Made by a program: the position numbers and the translations under genes. DNA of 64,000 nucleotides from an uncultured bacterium (GTDB taxonomy: Bacteria; Abyssobacteria; SURF-5), in contig CAZSKP010000001.1 of assembly GCA_964607485.1 (NCBI GenBank), positions 64,001-128,000 of the forward strand. Direction: 5' to 3'. Under the pieces are notes generated by a model, which had not been told where the DNA came from, did no database searches, and saw nothing but the letters and a program-made list of their open reading frames with translations. This document shows positions 28,206 to 37,692 of the stretch, piece after piece. The stretch's first letter is position 1. Each line of letters begins with the position of its first letter.

Positions 28206-29324
28206 TTACCTTTTGGCGCCGGCTGCCGCCAGCAATCTCACAATATCGGTGTGGTTCCCGTATGCGGCGTACTTCATCGCGGTATTGCCATTCTCGGTCT
28301 GCAATGTGTAATCGGCCCCCCTCGCAAGCAATTCATCGACCACATCGGCGTGGCCGTTGACGGCCGCCATCATCAGGGCCGTATTACCGTACATGTCCCG
28401 AGCGTTCAGAGAGGCGCCTCTGTCCAACAGGGCAGTCGCGACTTCGATATCGCCCGTTTGCGCAGCCTGCATCAGCGCCGTCCAATTTCTCAAGTTTGTC
28501 GCATTCACGTCGGCCCCGTTCTCCAGCAAGAGCAGAGCGGTCTCGGTACGACCTTTTTGAGTCGCTTCCATTACGGCGGTCCAATTCGCCTGTCTCGGAT
28601 TTGTTGCATTTGCTGACGCTCCTTTGTCAAGCAGCATTCTTATGATTTCGGTTCGGCCCCACTGGGATGCGACCATGACGAGGCCGTTCATATATTTCGT
28701 ATCTTCCGTAAGCTGAGGAGCTTCTTCCAACAGAGTTCTGACTGTTTCGGTGCGTCCCGCGCGCACTGCGAGCCCGCAGGCCGACCAGCCGCCGCTTTTC
28801 TGGCGGGGGTCGGCGCCGTCTTTCAACAACGCCTTCACTTTTTCCGTGTCACCTGCCTCCGCGGCTTTCATCAAGGGCGTTCGAGGCGAGGAATCCATTC
28901 CCCGGAATCCTCTGCTCCGCATAACGTAGTGTCTCCTCCCGGACAGTGTGGGAAACAGTTCCAGCGTGGACCCATACCAGGCGTGTGTCAACGTCGGCGT
29001 ACCGACCGCAAGCAGACCAACGACAAGCGAGCAGCCGGCGAGAGTCTTGCTCGCTCGCATCGCGTATGCCGCGATGAGGGCGGTCAGGCACAGCAGTATG
29101 GCGGCAATCCCCAGGAAGTAGGTAAGGATGTTGGCCGCTGAGAAGAGCGAACCGATCAACTCCAGGGGGATGTAAAGTCTTCGCAAACTCGGGCCGAATA
29201 CCGCCACGCCAAGGAGCGGGACCGCGGCGCACCCGAGCGCAAGTAACCCGAAGACCAATCCAACGGCGCTGAGAGCGGTCACCAGATCGGACCTCTTCGC
29301 GGGGACCTTTTGAGCTTCATTCAT
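28206..29324 (-). CDS. Membrane-anchored ankyrin-repeat protein
   Basis: About 3 N-terminal TMs; repeats TPLMKAA, TAVMEAT, TALMQAA, TALMMAA, TAMKYAA with GAD/GAS turns. Confidence 0.92.
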   Translation of the reverse strand: MNEAQKVPAKRSDLVTALSAVGLVFGLLALGCAAVPLLGVAVFGPSLRRLYIPLELIGSLFSAANILTYFLGIAAILLCLTALIAAYAMRASKTLAGCSLVVGLLAVGTPTLTHAWYGSTLELFPTLSGRRHYVMRSRGFRGMDSSPRTPLMKAAEAGDTEKVKALLKDGADPRQKSGGWSACGLAVRAGRTETVRTLLEEAPQLTEDTKYMNGLVMVASQWGRTEIIRMLLDKGASANATNPRQANWTAVMEATQKGRTETALLLLENGADVNATNLRNWTALMQAAQTGDIEVATALLDRGASLNARDMYGNTALMMAAVNGHADVVDELLARGADYTLQTENGNTAMKYAAYGNHTDIVRLLAAAGAKR

Positions 29325-31711
29325 GATTTGTTTTCTCCCTCGCTTGCCGAGGGCGCCGATACCGCATCCGCGCTCGGAGGGTCAGTGGTCAAGTTCTTTT
29401 GGAGAAATTTCGATCCGATTGAGAACTTGGAGAAGTGCTTGATCTCGACGGTGATTTCGTTGTGGTCGGGATCGACAGTACCGCCGAGCGGCACCCATAC
29501 GGGGTGTTCGGGGTTGGACTCGTCGTAGTAGTAGATTTCGAGCATGCCCTCGTCGAGGCCGGTCACTTCTTCGTCGGTGTATCGAATCGTGAGCGTCATT
29601 GGCTCGATGAATTTCGGCTTCTCGACTCCTTCGGCGTCCAGCAGGCGCAGAGCGACTACCTGTTGTTCTCCTTCTTCCAGCTCAGCTTCTTCACCAACGG
29701 AAAGCGGCGTGCTGATTTTCACTTTGAAGTTTTCTTGCAGCGTGCCGGGCGGGACAATCAAGTTGGTGCCGCTGTTGTCGATCAACACGCCGCCGAGGTC
29801 CATATCCATGTCGGCCTCGATATCGAAACTGACAATTCTCAATTCGTATACCGGGTCCTGGTACTGGGTGTACACGAGCCGGTTGCCCTCCGGCGAGAGC
29901 CGCAAAAAGAGCTGGTTGCCGGGCAGGTGTATCTGCGTGTAGCGGCTCGGCTGGTCGGGACGGGCGTCGGCGTAGAACATGTCGAAATCGCACTCGTACA
30001 TATAGGTCGGGTTTATGGCTTTCCACGCCCCGTTGACGTCTTCCGCGAAGAACGCGAGGGATTCGTCGAACGAGAAGTTGCTGGGCAACTGCGGGTTTCG
30101 CGACGGGGCCACCTTCTTGAGCCGCGGGTCCTTGGGCGAGCGAGGCGGCTCGGCGAATCCATCGAGAATGTCCTCGACGTCATACAGGATGTAGGTATTC
30201 AGATGGTCGAAATCGAGGTCTTCCGCGGCTGTGAAGAGCACCATGCTCCCGGAATACGACCAGCCGCCGCCCATGACAAAGAATTCTCTTGGGTTGAAAT
30301 TCGTGAGGAACAGCCCCGGCGCCGTCGGCACCGACTGTCCATCCTGTTCGATGGGAATGTATGCGAGGTTGCCCCAATTTGCGCAGAGCATTGCATCGCC
30401 CCATGGGAGCTTCAATATCCACGGCGAGAGTGTCTTGCCCACTGGGAGCGGAAGAAACATGGGGATATCGTGAAACGGGCTGTCGAACTCCCGGATGGGT
30501 CCCTCGACGGGGTCTATGGGAGCTATCTTTATGTGATACGGTCCGCTCCACCACCAGTTCCAGCCCCATTTGTTGAAGTCCATGTGGTCGGCGACCATGA
30601 AGAGAACATGGCGGTTGTCGGGAGCCCACGTGATGGGGAAGAACGGCAGCACCGTGTCATACTCCTGCGAGATGTCCCATGGGTTGTTCGGGTCGTCGAG
30701 GCGCACGACTCGCACGCGCGCCGGCCACGAGACCGTCGAGGCCTCGATGAAGGCTATCATCGAGCCGTCGTGAGACCAGACTGGGCAGCTCGCGGCATAA
30801 TAGGGCGTCAGGGGAACGGCCTTCTGCTTTCCGATTGATATGGTGCGGTTGGACGGCGCAAAGAGCTTCTCGTAATAGTTCGCGGCGACATCCGCCGGCA
30901 TCGCCTGCGCGAGATTGAGAAAGTCTCCCCGCGTGAACGATGTGAATTGCCAGCCGGCTCCGGCCGCATGCGAGCTCCGAGGGTCATTCAGCAAGGTCGC
31001 GCTCGCTTTTTCCGCTTGCGCCGCGGCGCGAGATACATAAGTTGATATCATCTTATCGAAGCGTTCGCGTATGCGCTCGAGCGTCGAAGCTTTTGCGACG
31101 GCAAACGGATTATGCGGCTCCACCGCGGCGAAGTGAACCGTATCCCCTCTCAGTATCGCCTGGTGAGCGAAAGCCAGATTGTGTTCGGCGCCGCTTTGCG
31201 TGTTCAGCTCGATGTTTCCGGATATGCAGGTAACGGTAGAGGAGTCTTCGTTGACGGAAACGTTGAAGACCGACCTTCCAGCCGTCAGCACACTGGTTCC
31301 GACGGAGACTCTCAGCGGGTCGTCCATTTCTGCAACTGCGACCGTGACGTTCCCGTCCACGACCGACAAGCGGCGAGCGCCCATGATTTCTATTTCTGAC
31401 GCGCCATCGGCAAGCAGCCTCAGGCCATCGAAAGACATAAACGATTGGCGCGATTCCGGCGTTTCAATCCTCATTCCCTTTGTCAAACGCTGTCCGCTCC
31501 TGAGCGGCCGCCAATCACCTCCGGCAGGCTTGGCCTGAATGGCCTCGGAACCTCGAATGAGTACGCCGGTGAGCTGATAGGAGAACGTCCTGCTGAAGTA
31601 GAAGTGGAGGAACAGGCATGCGGAGATGACAAGCAAGATCAGACATGCACCCACACCAATCAGCAGCTTCTTCAGAATCTTGCCTGAACGGTTCGCAGCC
31701 TTCATGGTCAT
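29321..31711 (-). CDS. Membrane-anchored multidomain protein: FecR-like, TolB/PD40-like propeller, ZU5-like C-terminus
   Basis: N-terminal TM; WRPL..GQRL..G.RIET FecR-like start; PVWSHDG, ITWAPDN, LSPEGN repeats; GG..IVPPG..F.EP.TLTI.Y..HFSKF. Confidence 0.7.
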   Translation of the reverse strand: MTMKAANRSGKILKKLLIGVGACLILLVISACLFLHFYFSRTFSYQLTGVLIRGSEAIQAKPAGGDWRPLRSGQRLTKGMRIETPESRQSFMSFDGLRLLADGASEIEIMGARRLSVVDGNVTVAVAEMDDPLRVSVGTSVLTAGRSVFNVSVNEDSSTVTCISGNIELNTQSGAEHNLAFAHQAILRGDTVHFAAVEPHNPFAVAKASTLERIRERFDKMISTYVSRAAAQAEKASATLLNDPRSSHAAGAGWQFTSFTRGDFLNLAQAMPADVAANYYEKLFAPSNRTISIGKQKAVPLTPYYAASCPVWSHDGSMIAFIEASTVSWPARVRVVRLDDPNNPWDISQEYDTVLPFFPITWAPDNRHVLFMVADHMDFNKWGWNWWWSGPYHIKIAPIDPVEGPIREFDSPFHDIPMFLPLPVGKTLSPWILKLPWGDAMLCANWGNLAYIPIEQDGQSVPTAPGLFLTNFNPREFFVMGGGWSYSGSMVLFTAAEDLDFDHLNTYILYDVEDILDGFAEPPRSPKDPRLKKVAPSRNPQLPSNFSFDESLAFFAEDVNGAWKAINPTYMYECDFDMFYADARPDQPSRYTQIHLPGNQLFLRLSPEGNRLVYTQYQDPVYELRIVSFDIEADMDMDLGGVLIDNSGTNLIVPPGTLQENFKVKISTPLSVGEEAELEEGEQQVVALRLLDAEGVEKPKFIEPMTLTIRYTDEEVTGLDEGMLEIYYYDESNPEHPVWVPLGGTVDPDHNEITVEIKHFSKFSIGSKFLQKNLTTDPPSADAVSAPSASEGENKS

Positions 31712-31984
31712 TCCCCCCTCCTGGAATGCACAATGTGCTGGTCTGAGTGCTCAGTTGTGGTTGTTTAGCAGGCTCTCTTCGGCAGTGTATCTCCTTGTTG
31801 GCAGGTTGTCCGTTGATTCTTGTACGAAAATCTGTATAGTATGGAGAGAATATCACTTCTGTTAATCTCTGTCAAGACTGCCTTTGGCTCGCTCTCCAAT
31901 GAGAAGTCCGGCCGAATCTTATCCCGCCTCTCCACCCTGCAATAGGAATGCTCTCACCATGGGCGCGCGCCCACAGTGGTTTTG

Positions 31985-32050
31985 AAGCTGGAGAGAAAGC
32001 GGGGCACCTCGGGATTCTTCGAGGGGTCGTATTTCGCGGAAATGGGGACG
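31985..32050 (+). pseudogene. Short remnant of a sulfatase paralog
   Basis: Encodes LE..RGTSGFFEGSYF, matching 27450-27510 of the intact sulfatase. Confidence 0.75.
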
Positions 32051-32101
32051 ACTCGCGCACCCGCGACATCAGGAGTGTCGGCTCCGCTCGTCTTCGCTCT
32101 A

Positions 32102-34003
32102 TTAGAAGTGCAGGGTTACGGAATCAATCTCAATGGACGTTTCCGGCTGGTCGCTCAATCGTAATCCTAATTTGAGAATCGGTTCGAGCATCGACCATCC
32201 GTTGATATAGAGAGGTATGGTGTATGTGTGAAACATTCCGTCGTTCTTCACTGAGAACGTTATACATTTCCGTCCGTCATATGTCGGATCGTTTGCCGTT
32301 ATCCACAATAGCTGACCCTGAAGGGTCTCTTTCCGGCGGTTGATTGCCCGGTAGACGACTTGAACGCACTTGACATTCTCACCCAGGTAGGGGCTGCTGA
32401 GCATCGAAAAAGAGCCCGATGTGATATATGTAAGCTCCTTGCTCTGTCTGTTACGTACGAGCGCCAACTCATGCACCGGTGTCCACTGATAGAAATCCAG
32501 GCGTCTCGAGAAATCCCAATGCACTGAGTGATCGGAACGTGGCACACGAGATACCGGGAAAATCTGCTGGAATCTCCTCTTTGCTTTATCCCATTTAAAG
32601 AGATAGTGCTTCGTCTGTCCCGACTCACAGACGGTGGTCTCGGGAGATTTCACAAATGGGCGAGTCCATCGATACGCGACTTTGTATTGACATCCCCTCT
32701 TCTCTCCGAGCAGCGAGAAACAATCGGGAAGCCCGATAGGGAAACAGATGATTCCATGGTCAAATTCCGGGATATCGAAGAAATAGACTCTGCTACGTCC
32801 TTCTATGAGTGGCTCGACATCCTCCTTAAAGCTTTCTTGTATCCTCTTGGAGGTCTGCCAGGCATGCGACCAGTCGCGACCCGTGGCCATGGTGTTCGCC
32901 GAATACAGGGCTATCAGCAGGCAGGCCAATACCGCCGCAGGTTTTTTCAACCGAGTTGACTCCATCGGGACGGCAAACATCTGGCCAAGAATAATTGCAA
33001 AGCCTACCGAGGGCAGGTAAAAGAACCGACCGCCGATATTTGCCAGGCTGACCGTTGGAAAAGACGTTACAACCACCCAAGCCACTCCAAAGAGGACGGT
33101 GGTTCTGGTTTTCTTGTCGCCCAGCATACACAAAACCAGAATTATGGAAATTAGGGCAACCGCAAACACAACGAGCCACTGCGCTTTTTCGAAACTCATG
33201 AAGGGAACTGCGAACTTCTCGATTACAAACCAATAATCTAGAAGCACTTTGGGATGAAGAAACTTGCCGACAGGCACGCGTGACAATCCGTAAAGCGGCA
33301 GCACCCGATTCCTGAACACGAGATACACGAAGAACAGTGCGAAATAGGGCCCGCTCAACAACAGCGCGTTCGAAAAGAGCTTTCGGTTGACTTTCTTGTC
33401 AAAGAGCCGAACGAATGAAAAGACGAAGATGACCGCAGGCAGCACAATAACATTTTCCTTGGACAATATGGCACACATCGCAGCGGCAAGCGATCCGACA
33501 TAGTAGAGATATCGTTTCCGCTCGAGAAAGAGAATTAAGAAGATCAACGAGAGCAAGAAAAAAAAGGTGCACAGGGTATCAAAGAAGTAAAGGATACCCA
33601 TTACAGCTTCGATATGGCCCGTAAAGACCGAAAAGACGCCCGCACCGACGAGAGCGACAGCATTCTTCTGAAACATCTTTCTTATGAGAATGTAAACGAG
33701 CACTGCATTGGCTACATGAATGCTCAAAGTGAATAAATGGTAGTAGAAAGGGGCGAGCGCAAAAAGCTTATAGAGGGGCAACAAAATAAGATACGGAAGG
33801 GGACGGAAATAAGCGGTGCCTGACCTCGCTAGATTAATCAGACCCTTCCAGGAAAAAGCGAGATGTTCAAACTCCCAGAAGAAGGTGAAATCGTCGGCCA
33901 GGAATTGCCCATTGACTTTGGCTGAAAAGACAATGAAGTTGAGGGCGATGAGGAGAAGTATTGATGAGTTGCGTCGTAGCAAGTCTTTAATGTCGCATCC
34001 CAT
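32102..34003 (-). CDS. Multi-TM glycosyltransferase-like (GT-C/PMT-ArnT-like) membrane protein, low GC
   Basis: FLADDF, YFRPL, HIEAV, SKENV, RFFYLP motifs typical of GT-C-like proteins; an extended -10 TGTTATACT at 34053-34061 favours the ATG at 34003. Confidence 0.72.
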   Translation of the reverse strand: MGCDIKDLLRRNSSILLLIALNFIVFSAKVNGQFLADDFTFFWEFEHLAFSWKGLINLARSGTAYFRPLPYLILLPLYKLFALAPFYYHLFTLSIHVANAVLVYILIRKMFQKNAVALVGAGVFSVFTGHIEAVMGILYFFDTLCTFFFLLSLIFLILFLERKRYLYYVGSLAAAMCAILSKENVIVLPAVIFVFSFVRLFDKKVNRKLFSNALLLSGPYFALFFVYLVFRNRVLPLYGLSRVPVGKFLHPKVLLDYWFVIEKFAVPFMSFEKAQWLVVFAVALISIILVLCMLGDKKTRTTVLFGVAWVVVTSFPTVSLANIGGRFFYLPSVGFAIILGQMFAVPMESTRLKKPAAVLACLLIALYSANTMATGRDWSHAWQTSKRIQESFKEDVEPLIEGRSRVYFFDIPEFDHGIICFPIGLPDCFSLLGEKRGCQYKVAYRWTRPFVKSPETTVCESGQTKHYLFKWDKAKRRFQQIFPVSRVPRSDHSVHWDFSRRLDFYQWTPVHELALVRNRQSKELTYITSGSFSMLSSPYLGENVKCVQVVYRAINRRKETLQGQLLWITANDPTYDGRKCITFSVKNDGMFHTYTIPLYINGWSMLEPILKLGLRLSDQPETSIEIDSVTLHF

Positions 34004-34243
34004 GGAAGAGTGTTGAACCGGCACAGGTACTCCTGGGTCTCTCGCAAGAACCAGTATAACAGAAAGCGACACGATTTTTGCAAGAGCGGCCGAGAAATCG
34101 AGGTGGAGATTTGAGCAGCCTATAGCGGTCAGGCATTACCCGAGCGGGTGGAGGCGGGCCGTGCGCAGTAGCCGGCACAGACGGAAATTATGCAGAGGCC
34201 GTCGAGGAGAAATTCCCGGCGGCCTTCGGCGTGTTGTCCTTCG

Positions 34244-34774
34244 TTACTCGACGAGCACAATCCCGAAATACTGGCCGGGACAATCGTAGTCCTTCACCAC
34301 CTCGATGGTGTACCCGTTGTTGCGGACCGTCTGGTAAACGTCGATGCCGGAGCCTTCCATCGAGGGCCTGAGCTGTTGCGGGAAGCGGCATCCCGCCTTG
34401 AGCGCGCAGGCGTCGCATTGGTGGCACGGGCCTTCTCCCATCGACCACGCCTTGTAATAACCCGACAGGAACACCTCGCGCTCCAGGGGAACGATGACGG
34501 AGTTCACCTTCAAGAGTTCGCCTTTTACGAGGATCGCCGTCTTGTAGCAGTCGAGTATCGCCCGTGTCTGCTCCGGCGTGGGCGAGTAGGGCGGGCACGA
34601 GAGCCTCCTGCCGTAGCCCGCGCAGCCGAACTGGCACCGCATTCGTACCCATGGAGCCGTGACGACGGTATCGGCCGAGACGACCTTCGCTTCCTTCGCC
34701 CCCAGCTCGAGCGCACGCGTGCAGAAACGAGCCATGCCGGATTTTGCAGACACGTCCTTCTTCCGCTTTGCCAT
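34244..34774 (-). CDS. DUF2284-type Cys-rich predicted metal-binding protein
   Basis: WVRMRCQFGC..YG...CPP, GPCHQCDAC, CRFP..RPSMEGSGIDV. Confidence 0.88.
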   Translation of the reverse strand: MAKRKKDVSAKSGMARFCTRALELGAKEAKVVSADTVVTAPWVRMRCQFGCAGYGRRLSCPPYSPTPEQTRAILDCYKTAILVKGELLKVNSVIVPLEREVFLSGYYKAWSMGEGPCHQCDACALKAGCRFPQQLRPSMEGSGIDVYQTVRNNGYTIEVVKDYDCPGQYFGIVLVE

Positions 34775-34957
34775 TTGAAGTTTCCTTTCCCGAGAAAAGC
34801 GTTCCGGAGAGATGTCAGGCAAATTCTAGTTTACCATGAACCGGAGGGGCGGTCAAATTGCTTCCTTGAAGAATGAAGATGCGCCGACAGCTTTGTCAAG
34901 GGTGAGAGATTTTCGTCTCGTAGATCGCCAGCGGAAGGGAGAAAAGGCGGGCCCCTG

Positions 34958-35113
34958 TCACATTACGTAATTGCCACGGGTCATCGCGAAGTACATGAAG
35001 ATGACGAGCAGAATCAAGCCTATGGTGAGAAAGATCAGGAACCTCACCGTATTGGCGGCCGGCGGGGGGTTGTCGCCCTTGCTCTTCTTTTTTTTGCGCT
35101 TGCGCTTTGCCAT
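34958..35113 (-). CDS. Small single-pass membrane protein (51 aa, not in the ORF track)
   Basis: MAKRKRKKKKSKGDNPPPAANTVRFLIFLTIGLILLVIFMYFAMTRGNYVM: basic N-terminus plus one TM. Confidence 0.65.
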   Translation of the reverse strand: MAKRKRKKKKSKGDNPPPAANTVRFLIFLTIGLILLVIFMYFAMTRGNYVM

Positions 35114-35160
35114 CTATCGATGATGTGCTCCCGGGAGATTACGTTGCCGGTCGCGGTTGC

Positions 35161-35346
35161 TCACTTCTTGCCAAGCTCCATGTAATATTCCAGGCACCGC
35201 CTGCAGCCGCCGTCCGACTGCTTCCAGTCCGGATGCTCTTTCGAAATTCTGTCGAGCACATATTTTTCCGTCTCGAAGTGGGCGTGAAAGTGCTCTCTCG
35301 ATATTTCCGAACCGCACAGGGGGCAGATAACCTTCTTCATGAACAT
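35161..35346 (-). CDS. Small putative zinc-binding protein (61 aa)
   Basis: CPLC...HAH, later H..W..GGCRRC; SD GAAGGAGG. Confidence 0.72.
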   Translation of the reverse strand: MFMKKVICPLCGSEISREHFHAHFETEKYVLDRISKEHPDWKQSDGGCRRCLEYYMELGKK

Positions 35347-35420
35347 ATATCCCTCCTTCGCGAGGATGGATTTCCCATGCCTTGGCGCGGCGAATCCCTT
35401 CGATGCTGCCGCTTGTCATT

Positions 35421-35449
35421 ATTATATCGAAACGGCGTCGCAGAGGCAA
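35421..35449 (-). promoter_or_regulatory. Putative sigma70 promoter for the small-protein pair
   Basis: TTGCCT-N17-TATAAT on the minus strand. Confidence 0.65.
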
Positions 35450-35564
35450 GTTGCCAGGCTGGACTTGTTTTTTCGCGGCTGGTATGGTATTTTTATTATG
35501 TGGGTTGTCGTAGAGAGCGCCGATGACGAGTCCGGCTCTTTTCGCTGCGGTCTGGTGATTCAGA

Positions 35565-35930
35565 ATGCCCGAGCCTGCAACCAAGAGGAATTCTCACAGG
35601 AGTACGGAAAGGTACCAGTGCCCGCCGTTCTTTTCGGCTCGCATCACCAGCGGCGGAAAGGTCGAGGAGCGCGCCACGGTGGAGAATCTCAGTCTGCGCG
35701 GGTTGAACGCCAGGACATCGTGCAGCTTCGGGCGAGGCAGCGTCGCCGAGGTCGAGTTAGCGAGCAAGTATGTCGCGCCCGTCAAGGTTCGAGCGCGTGT
35801 GAAGTGGGTGACGCCGCCGGAGTGCGAGGGAGCTTCGCATGTCGTCGGCTTTTCAATACTCAGAGTCCGCATCGCCGACTGGTTCAGGTTCATGAGGCTT
35901 ATTGCCCAAGTCAAGAAGGAAGTGTGGTAG
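35565..35930 (+). CDS. PilZ-domain protein
   Basis: RSTER (RxxxR), NLSLRG (D/NxSxxG), ARVKWV, VGFS. Confidence 0.75.
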   Translation: MPEPATKRNSHRSTERYQCPPFFSARITSGGKVEERATVENLSLRGLNARTSCSFGRGSVAEVELASKYVAPVKVRARVKWVTPPECEGASHVVGFSILRVRIADWFRFMRLIAQVKKEVW

Positions 35931-36329
35931 ATGTTCACATCAGAGGTTCCACTGAAATCGCCCCGCGATTATGACGGTCCCGAGAGGCGGGTGGCTCCGA
36001 GGATTGAGGTAAATTACCCGATCCGAGTTCGGTTCGCCCTGCCCACGGGCGAACAACTCGAGAGATACTCTCAGATCAGGAACGTCTCATCCGCAGGCCT
36101 TCTCTTTACGTGTATGGATTCGCTTGAACCGGGCACCGAGGTGGACGTATCCATCGGGATTCCGTTCGTGCACGCCGCTTCGCTACCCATGGCGCAGCTC
36201 AACGGCGAGGCGCTGGTGCTACGTTCCGGTTCGCCCGGCCCGGACGAAGAATATGCGGTCGGCAGGGAGGTCGCCCTGAAATTCCTCAAGCCGCCGACCC
36301 TCTCGACCGAACTCTCAATGTTCGACTGA
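35931..36329 (+). CDS. PilZ-domain protein
   Basis: ERRVAPR, NVSSAG, VALKF. Confidence 0.85.
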   Translation: MFTSEVPLKSPRDYDGPERRVAPRIEVNYPIRVRFALPTGEQLERYSQIRNVSSAGLLFTCMDSLEPGTEVDVSIGIPFVHAASLPMAQLNGEALVLRSGSPGPDEEYAVGREVALKFLKPPTLSTELSMFD

Positions 36330-36450
36330 CGCCGCCCTTACCCCTTCAGCGTTGTTTGACCCCACCATTCGGAAGCGGCGTTTCCTATCCGGCGCATCAT
36401 TCAGCGCGGGGCGGTGGGACGCCACACGCATCCTGTGGCACTTCCCTGTA

Positions 36451-36852
36451 CTATATGATTTCGCTCGTCGGCTGAGGCAAATTCCCGATGTAACCGCTCC
36501 TGCGAAACCCAAGCGCCTCGTGCATCTTGACTGAGACTTCGTTGTCCTCCTCGGTCGAACTGAACAGCTTTCCGTTCATCGAATGCCGGGCGACCTTCTC
36601 GATCAACCTTCGTGCGATTCCACGCCGCCTGAAATCCGGGTGCACGAGCAGCAGCGATATGTAGAGGCAACCGATGAAGTTCGTCTCGAACGTAATCAGG
36701 CCCACGACGCGGCTGCCATCGGCGGCCACATACATCCGGCGATGCCCGATTCGTTGCCGCAGGAATCGTCTCCGTTTGTCGCTGCCGACGACTATCCGGT
36801 GTAGCTCCGCACACTGCTCGTGATCGTCTTCCGTCGCGATTCGCAGTTCCAT
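36451..36852 (-). CDS. GNAT family N-acetyltransferase
   Basis: VHPDFRRRGIA, N....MHEALGF. Confidence 0.9.
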   Translation of the reverse strand: MELRIATEDDHEQCAELHRIVVGSDKRRRFLRQRIGHRRMYVAADGSRVVGLITFETNFIGCLYISLLLVHPDFRRRGIARRLIEKVARHSMNGKLFSSTEEDNEVSVKMHEALGFRRSGYIGNLPQPTSEII

Positions 36853-36864
36853 AGGGGGGCTCCT

Positions 36865-37692
36865 TCAGGAGGAGGGAAGTCTGAGATGGTGTTCCTTGAT
36901 ATACTTGAGCGTTGTCGGCAGTTGGTCCGGTGTCATCTCGAGGGTCATCAGCGCGCGCACTTTCTTCTCGCGGAGCAGCCGGTAGGCTCGTCGGTAGTCC
37001 ACGTTTCCCTCGCCGAAGGCAAGGTGCAGGTCGTTCTCCGCATCGTTGTCGTTGATGTGAACCTTGACGACGTATTTCCCCAGCACGTCAACCCATTCTT
37101 CGAGCGGCACGGCCGAGTAGACGTTTACGTGGCCGATGTCGAGGCAGATCTGCATGTTGGGTGAATCGACCGTCTCGATCACCCTTCGCAGCAGATAGGG
37201 CGCGTTCAAAAACATGTTTTCAATCGCGATGACGATGCCCAGCCTTCTCGCGTGATTGACGACGGGCTTCCAAATTTTCATGCTCGTCTTGAGCCAGATT
37301 TCGCGGTAGTCTTTCGGAACCAGCGGGTTGAGCCCGAGGTGGAACACGACTATCTTGGCCTTCAGCAGTGCGCTGATGTTGAGCGCGCGCATGAAGTTGA
37401 ACTTCGTGTAATCGCGAATTATCGTGTCCTGGCTTCCCGGGTTGAGGTCGAACAGCGGGCCGTGGACGCTCACGCCGACGCCCTCGGCTTCGAGCCGCTC
37501 GCCCATCGTCTTCACTTCGGCGCGGGGGAAGTTGCGAATCCAGCCGGTGTCGTACATCATCACCTCGACATCCAGATTGTTCGCTTTCAGGAATTCGAGA
37601 TTTTCTTCGAGCGCTTCAAAGGGGATGGTGACGGCGTAGCGAGCATTGTTGATTCGGTTTCCGCTATCGTGTCTTTTTCGGCCTGAAGGCAT
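36865..37692 (-). CDS. Sugar-phosphate isomerase/epimerase (AP endonuclease 2 TIM barrel)
   Basis: VHGP..DLNPGS, VFH, IEN, CLDIGH, HINDN..DLHL..GEG, TLE. Confidence 0.88.
   Translation of the reverse strand: MPSGRKRHDSGNRINNARYAVTIPFEALEENLEFLKANNLDVEVMMYDTGWIRNFPRAEVKTMGERLEAEGVGVSVHGPLFDLNPGSQDTIIRDYTKFNFMRALNISALLKAKIVVFHLGLNPLVPKDYREIWLKTSMKIWKPVVNHARRLGIVIAIENMFLNAPYLLRRVIETVDSPNMQICLDIGHVNVYSAVPLEEWVDVLGKYVVKVHINDNDAENDLHLAFGEGNVDYRRAYRLLREKKVRALMTLEMTPDQLPTTLKYIKEHHLRLPSS

Noticed and set aside
27450-32050. Sulfatase segment and its distant near-copy as a diversity-generating retroelement VR/TR pair
   Set aside because: The differences are not adenine-specific, are mostly synonymous, and there is no reverse transcriptase in the window.
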